This document shows positions 58,097 to 64,000 of a stretch of 64,000 bases of DNA, in pieces. The translations under genes and the position numbers were made by a program. Each line of letters begins with the position of its first letter. Positions within the stretch are counted from its first letter, which is position 1. This DNA is from Treponema sp. (GTDB taxonomy: Bacteria; Spirochaetota; Spirochaetia; Treponematales; Treponemataceae). The notes below the pieces were generated by a model. It made no database searches, had not been told where the DNA came from, and worked only from the letters and a program-made list of their open reading frames with translations. The stretch covers positions 2,403 through 66,402 of the forward strand of contig JAEDCY010000008.1 of assembly GCA_016293915.1 (NCBI GenBank), written 5' to 3'.

Positions 58097-60202
58097 ATGT
58101 CTGTAGAAAGAGTAACCTACAAACTTGGAGATGCCGATCTCATCCTGGAAACTGGAAAAATCGGTAAACAGGCTAATGGATGTGTTTACGCTCAGTGGGG
58201 CGGAGCCGCTATTATTGCAACTATTTGTGCTTCGTCTAGCGTAACAGAAGGTCAGGATTTTGTGCCTGTAACTGTTGAGTACAACGAAAAATTCTATGCT
58301 GCCGGAAAGATTCCTGGCGGTTTTGTTAAGCGCGAAGGTCGTCCAAAGGACAAGGAGATTTTGGTATCTCGTCTTATTGACCGCCCAATGCGTCCGCTTT
58401 TTGAGCCATCTTTTGGTCACGAACTTCAGATTGTTCCAACTTGTGTTTCTTGCGATGGCGTTCATACTCAGGATATTCTTGCCGTAATCGCAGCTTCTGC
58501 TGCAACTTGTATTTCTGATATTCCATTCCACGGTCCGGTTGCTGCCTGCCGCGTTGGATATTTGAACGGTGAATATATTATCAACCCAACTTTCGAACAG
58601 ATTGAAAAGGGCGAACTTGAAATCGTTGTTGCCGGAACTAAAGACGGCTTTACAATGGTAGAAGGTGGTGCTAACGAAGTTTCAGAGGAATTGATGCTCG
58701 GAGCTTTGGAGCGCGCTCAGAAGTTCATTACTGATATGTGTCTTTTGCAGGAAGAACTTGTAAAGAAGGCTGGTAAGGAAAAGCTTCCTTTGAATCCTCT
58801 TGATGTAACTTTGGACAACGCTGAAGCCATCGAAGCTGAAGCAACTCCACTTTTGAAAGAAGCCTGCTTCAAAGACAGCAAAATCAGCCGTGGTAAGGCA
58901 ATTTCTCAGGTTCAGAGAGACCTGGCTGCAAAATATGCTGAACAGCTTTCTGACCCGATTCAGGCTAAGCTTTTCTGTGCTTTGATGGATGACATTCAGT
59001 ACAAGCTCCTCCGCAAGTCTATTCTTGATGAAGGCGTTCGTGTAGATGGCCGTAAGGTTGACGAAATCCGTCCAATCACCTGCGAAGTAAACGTATTACC
59101 AACTCCACACGGATCGGCACTCTTCACTCGTGGTGAAACTCAGTCTCTTGCTGTATGTACTCTTGGTACTGCTATGGACGAACAGTCTTATGATGATATT
59201 GATGGAGACAGAAGCGAGCACTTTATCCTCCACTATAACTTCCCGCCATACTCAGTTGGTGAAACTGGTAAGCTTACAACTGGCCGCCGCGAAATTGGTC
59301 ACGGTAATCTTGCCCGCCGTTCCCTTGCTGCAATGGTTCCAAGCCGCGAAGAGTTCCCATACACAATCCGCGTTGTTTCTGAAATCATGGAATCTAACGG
59401 TTCTTCATCTCAGGCTTCTACCTGTGGTGGTACTCTTTGTATGCTGGCTGCCGGTGTTCCAATGAAGAAGATGGTTGCCGGTATTGCTATGGGTCTTATC
59501 ACAGAACCAGAGGGAGACAATCCTTATGGCCGCTATAAGATTTTGAGCGATATCCTTGGTGAAGAAGACCACCTTGGCGATATGGACTTTAAGGTAGCCG
59601 GAACAAAAGACGGTATTACAGGCTTCCAGATGGATATTAAGATTGCCGGTGTAACAACAGAAATCATGAAGAAGGCTATGGAACAGGCTCGTCAGGGTCG
59701 TCTCCACATCCTTTCTATTATGGAAAAATGCATTGACAAGCCGGCTCCACTTGCTAAGAACGCTCCACAGATTCTCACAATGAAGATTCCTGTAGACAAG
59801 ATTGGCGCCCTCATTGGACCTGGCGGAAAGAATGTTAAGGCCCTCTGCTCTCAGTATGATGTAACAATCAACACTGAAGACGACGGAACTGTAACAATCT
59901 ACTCTAAGAACGGCTTGAATGCTGAGGCTGCTAAGAAGGCTGTTAAGGGCATTACAGAAGACCCAGAGGTTGGAACAATCTATCAGGGAACTGTAAAGCG
60001 CATTATGGACTTTGGTGCCTTCGTAGAAATCCTTCCTGGAAAAGAAGGACTCTGCCACATTTCAAAGCTTTCAAAACAGCGCGTAAACAAGGTAACTGAT
60101 GTTCTTACAGAAGGTCAGGTAATTCCTGTTAAGCTTCTCGAAGTAGACAAGCAGGGAAGATTGAACCTCAGCTACATCGACGCTTTGGATGAACAGAAAT
60201 AA
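58097..60202 (+). CDS. pnp: polyribonucleotide nucleotidyltransferase (PNPase)
   Basis: 701 aa with two RNase PH domains, KH (IGALIGPGGKNVK) and S1 (GTVKRIMDFGAFVEILPGKEGLCHISKL). Confidence 0.97.
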   Translation: MSVERVTYKLGDADLILETGKIGKQANGCVYAQWGGAAIIATICASSSVTEGQDFVPVTVEYNEKFYAAGKIPGGFVKREGRPKDKEILVSRLIDRPMRPLFEPSFGHELQIVPTCVSCDGVHTQDILAVIAASAATCISDIPFHGPVAACRVGYLNGEYIINPTFEQIEKGELEIVVAGTKDGFTMVEGGANEVSEELMLGALERAQKFITDMCLLQEELVKKAGKEKLPLNPLDVTLDNAEAIEAEATPLLKEACFKDSKISRGKAISQVQRDLAAKYAEQLSDPIQAKLFCALMDDIQYKLLRKSILDEGVRVDGRKVDEIRPITCEVNVLPTPHGSALFTRGETQSLAVCTLGTAMDEQSYDDIDGDRSEHFILHYNFPPYSVGETGKLTTGRREIGHGNLARRSLAAMVPSREEFPYTIRVVSEIMESNGSSSQASTCGGTLCMLAAGVPMKKMVAGIAMGLITEPEGDNPYGRYKILSDILGEEDHLGDMDFKVAGTKDGITGFQMDIKIAGVTTEIMKKAMEQARQGRLHILSIMEKCIDKPAPLAKNAPQILTMKIPVDKIGALIGPGGKNVKALCSQYDVTINTEDDGTVTIYSKNGLNAEAAKKAVKGITEDPEVGTIYQGTVKRIMDFGAFVEILPGKEGLCHISKLSKQRVNKVTDVLTEGQVIPVKLLEVDKQGRLNLSYIDALDEQK

Positions 60203-60211
60203 AATTTGAGG

Positions 60212-60269
60212 GTCATCCCGAACTTGTTTCGGGATCTTGTAATAGATGCTGAAACAAGTTCAGCATGAC
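60212..60269. repeat. Family A double-hairpin repeat (copy g)
   Basis: gtcatcccgaacttgtttcgggatc ... gatgctgaaacaagttcagcatgac, immediately after the pnp stop. Confidence 0.85.
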
Positions 60270-60326
60270 GGTGGTGGTGGTTGAGTCTGTCTAAACTACC
60301 ACCATTTTTTATAGGAGGAACTTTTT

Positions 60327-60746
60327 ATGGCAAAATCAACTAACAGAGGACTCGGTGCTCTCTTTATCAGAATAGCTTTGGCTGCATATTTCATTATCAC
60401 AGGTCTCTGCATGCTGGGAGTAGGCGGTTCAGTTAAGGCAAGCGAAGCAGGTGCTGCAATTTATGAGATTTTCAGCGGCGATCTTGCACAGATTGTTGCA
60501 ATTATTGCTGCTATTGTTATTTTGATTGGTGGTGTTTGTGTAGCAATTACAATTTTCCGCGATCTTGAAAACTGGGACAACACTGTAATGCTTATTCTTA
60601 CAGTACTCTGGATTGTTATTGCTGTTGTAGCAGATGTTTTCAGTCATTCATTCGGTGTAAACAAGCTTGATGGTAATGCAATGTTCTGGATTCTCAATGT
60701 AGCAAAAGACCTCCTGATAATTGGCGGACTTTTGTCGATTAGATAA
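60327..60746 (+). CDS. hypothetical small integral membrane protein
   Basis: Four hydrophobic segments and the RBS aggagg upstream. No family recognised. Confidence 0.6.
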   Translation: MAKSTNRGLGALFIRIALAAYFIITGLCMLGVGGSVKASEAGAAIYEIFSGDLAQIVAIIAAIVILIGGVCVAITIFRDLENWDNTVMLILTVLWIVIAVVADVFSHSFGVNKLDGNAMFWILNVAKDLLIIGGLLSIR

Positions 60747-60850
60747 GCCTATACTCAGAGGCAAGCTGAGCTTGCCGATTAGCGTAGCGGTGCCCGGTAA
60801 TTCACTGTGCTCCGCTTTTTTTTATCAATATATTTTGTTATAATATAAGA

Positions 60851-61309
60851 ATGAATATTGTTAATATTAAATGCCTTGCTTCGAAAGGAGCCGTTATTCC
60901 TGAATATAAAACTAGCGGCGCGGCTGGAGCAGATCTTTGTGCTTTACTCGATAGTCCGCTTACAATTCCTGCAGGTCGTTCAGCCCTTGTTCCAACAGGG
61001 CTTTTTTTTGAGATTCCTGAAGGCTATGAAGTCCAGGTTCGTCCACGTTCCGGTCTTGCTGCAAAAAATGGTGTGACAGTTCTTAATTCTCCAGGTACAA
61101 TCGATAGTGATTATCGTGGTGAAATCAAAGTAATACTTATTAATCTTGGAAATGCTGACTTTACTATAAATTCCGGCGACAGAATTGCACAGATGATTGT
61201 AGCTCCTGTAACTCAGGCAAGTTTTACGATTACAGAAAGTTTAAGTGATACAGAACGTGGTTCAGGTGGTTTTGGATCTACCGGTGTTACCAGCAGTAAA
61301 GTTGTTTGA
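60851..61309 (+). CDS. dut: dUTP diphosphatase
   Basis: [30 protein letters not shown] and the C-terminal [10 protein letters not shown]. Confidence 0.95.
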   Translation: MNIVNIKCLASKGAVIPEYKTSGAAGADLCALLDSPLTIPAGRSALVPTGLFFEIPEGYEVQVRPRSGLAAKNGVTVLNSPGTIDSDYRGEIKVILINLGNADFTINSGDRIAQMIVAPVTQASFTITESLSDTERGSGGFGSTGVTSSKVV

Positions 61310-62535
61310 TTATGATAGATATCCGAAAAATAATAATAAAAATCAAGAGTAATTACAAATACAGACTTCTTCATATGTATTATGAAAAGTTTCAGGTTAG
61401 AGTCCTGAAACGTGGAAGTTTAAAAAATCATATTCTTATTAAATATCTCTTTAAGGATTTATTTCTTTATTTTCTTGTATCATTCTTCTTTTTCTTTATG
61501 ATTTTCTTTGTAAATCAGATTCTTTTGACGGTAGAAGATCTTCTGGCAAAGTCTGCACCATTTAAAGATGTAATGAGGATTATGGTTTACAGCCTTCCTT
61601 TTATTATTGCTCAGTCAGCGCCTTTTGCAACTCTCGTTGGATTTTTAATGAGTCTTGGTGGAATGATGAGCAGTAATGAAATTCTCATCTTTAGGGCAGC
61701 AGGTTTATCTTTTTTCAGAATTCTAGTTCCTGTAGCTCTTCTTGGACTTGCAATTTCAATAGGTTCTTTTTTTGTAAATGATTATCTTCTTCCTCTTGGA
61801 ACCATTAAATATAATAAACTGATGCGTGAGATTATGAATTCCACTCCGACAATTGAGCTTGAATCAAATAGTGTAAAAAGTCTTGATAAAGCAAGTGTCG
61901 TAATAGGTGAGGTTAATGGAAATACAGTTTCTGATTTAGTTGTATTTGATTGTAAGGATGATACCGACCGTCTCATAATTGCAGGCAATTCCGAGTTGAC
62001 AGGTGCAAAGCAGGAAGGTGTTCTTATGCATTTTGATATGAATGATACTTTTGTACTGTCTATCGATGCTGCAAAAAGACAAGATTATGATGTATTAAAA
62101 TCTTCAAAAACAATCATGAATGTTTTTGACTCTGCAATTCTTGGAAATTATTCACGTTCTGCACGAGAAATGACAACATATGATTTGACTAAAACAATTC
62201 AAGGTATGAAAAAAGAAACAAATGATGATATCAATTATCTTCGTGTTCTTAATATATGGATAATGGAATGGCACAAAAAACTTGCTATACCCTTTGGTTC
62301 TATCTTTTTTGCATTTCTGGCTTTTTCATTGGCCTTTCTTTTTGGAAAACATAATGGTCAGATGATTTGTTTGTTTCTCGGAATTGTAATTTGTGTACTT
62401 TACTGGGCTTTCCAGATATCCGGACAGCTTATGGTAATGAGAGTCGGCCTAAAAGCATTCTGGTGTATCTGGATTCCAAATTTTCTGGTCGGCATTTTTG
62501 GATTATTATTTATGATAAAGCTTCTTAGGAAATAG
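61306..62535 (+). CDS. lptF: LptF/LptG-family (YjgP/YjgQ) permease
   Basis: Start-region pattern [21 protein letters not shown], three TM helices, a periplasmic domain, then three more TM helices. Paired with a paralogue downstream. The start may be at ATG 61375. Confidence 0.7.
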   Translation: MIMIDIRKIIIKIKSNYKYRLLHMYYEKFQVRVLKRGSLKNHILIKYLFKDLFLYFLVSFFFFFMIFFVNQILLTVEDLLAKSAPFKDVMRIMVYSLPFIIAQSAPFATLVGFLMSLGGMMSSNEILIFRAAGLSFFRILVPVALLGLAISIGSFFVNDYLLPLGTIKYNKLMREIMNSTPTIELESNSVKSLDKASVVIGEVNGNTVSDLVVFDCKDDTDRLIIAGNSELTGAKQEGVLMHFDMNDTFVLSIDAAKRQDYDVLKSSKTIMNVFDSAILGNYSRSAREMTTYDLTKTIQGMKKETNDDINYLRVLNIWIMEWHKKLAIPFGSIFFAFLAFSLAFLFGKHNGQMICLFLGIVICVLYWAFQISGQLMVMRVGLKAFWCIWIPNFLVGIFGLLFMIKLLRK

Positions 62536-62543
62536 AGAATAAC

Positions 62544-64000
<1,457 letters not shown>

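Noticed and set aside
57842-58531. 229-aa minus-strand ORF overlapping the pnp start, and 217-aa ORF 59405-60058
   Set aside because: Both are antisense to the strongly supported pnp frame or run through repeat DNA. There is no RBS and no recognisable motif.

Overview
This 64 kb window looks like a chromosomal segment of a spirochaete, most consistent with a Treponema species. That assignment is inferred from gene content and local synteny, for example xerC-hslVU, uvrA followed by a giant LptD-like protein, phoH-7TM-HD-ybeY-corC, and ribF-rpsO-pnp. No database search was possible.

Most of the window is well-conserved housekeeping:
- Proteolysis and stress: hslV, hslU, mcsA/mcsB-like genes, clpC.
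- DNA repair and recombination: uvrA, ruvA, ruvB, ruvC, xerC-like recombinase.
- Translation and RNA: prfB (with the classical +1 frameshift), rpsO, pnp, ybeY, queA, tgt.
- Envelope and export: ftsY, a LolCDE-like transporter, LptD-like protein, lptF/G-like permeases.
- Other: phoH, yebC, ilvE, dut.

The accessory content is:
- A HepT/MntA toxin-antitoxin pair at the left edge.
- An AT-rich islet (4.4-5.8 kb) with a possible Nmad2-like gene and a DUF4160 two-gene cassette.
- A GH2 beta-galactosidase.
- A decayed Zur/ZnuA/CobW locus with two perfect operator palindromes.
- A five-gene operon joining PglF/PglE-like sugar-nucleotide enzymes to a xanthine-dehydrogenase-like trio. The large subunit of that trio appears to lack the canonical Moco and catalytic motifs.
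- Several gene remnants (epimerase, EAL, CobW_C).

The most unusual signals are non-coding:
- At least four families of intergenic structured repeats whose hairpin stems covary between copies. One family is nested inside the loop of another, and two inverted copies bracket rpsO.
- A 2.1 kb mosaic insertion splits the normally adjacent rpsO-pnp pair. It carries a GC-rich orphan PD-(D/E)XK-like gene, preceded by a four-unit tandem array of hairpins with a conserved stem.

All functional calls rest on motifs recognised by eye. No HMM, BLAST or folding calculation was run.
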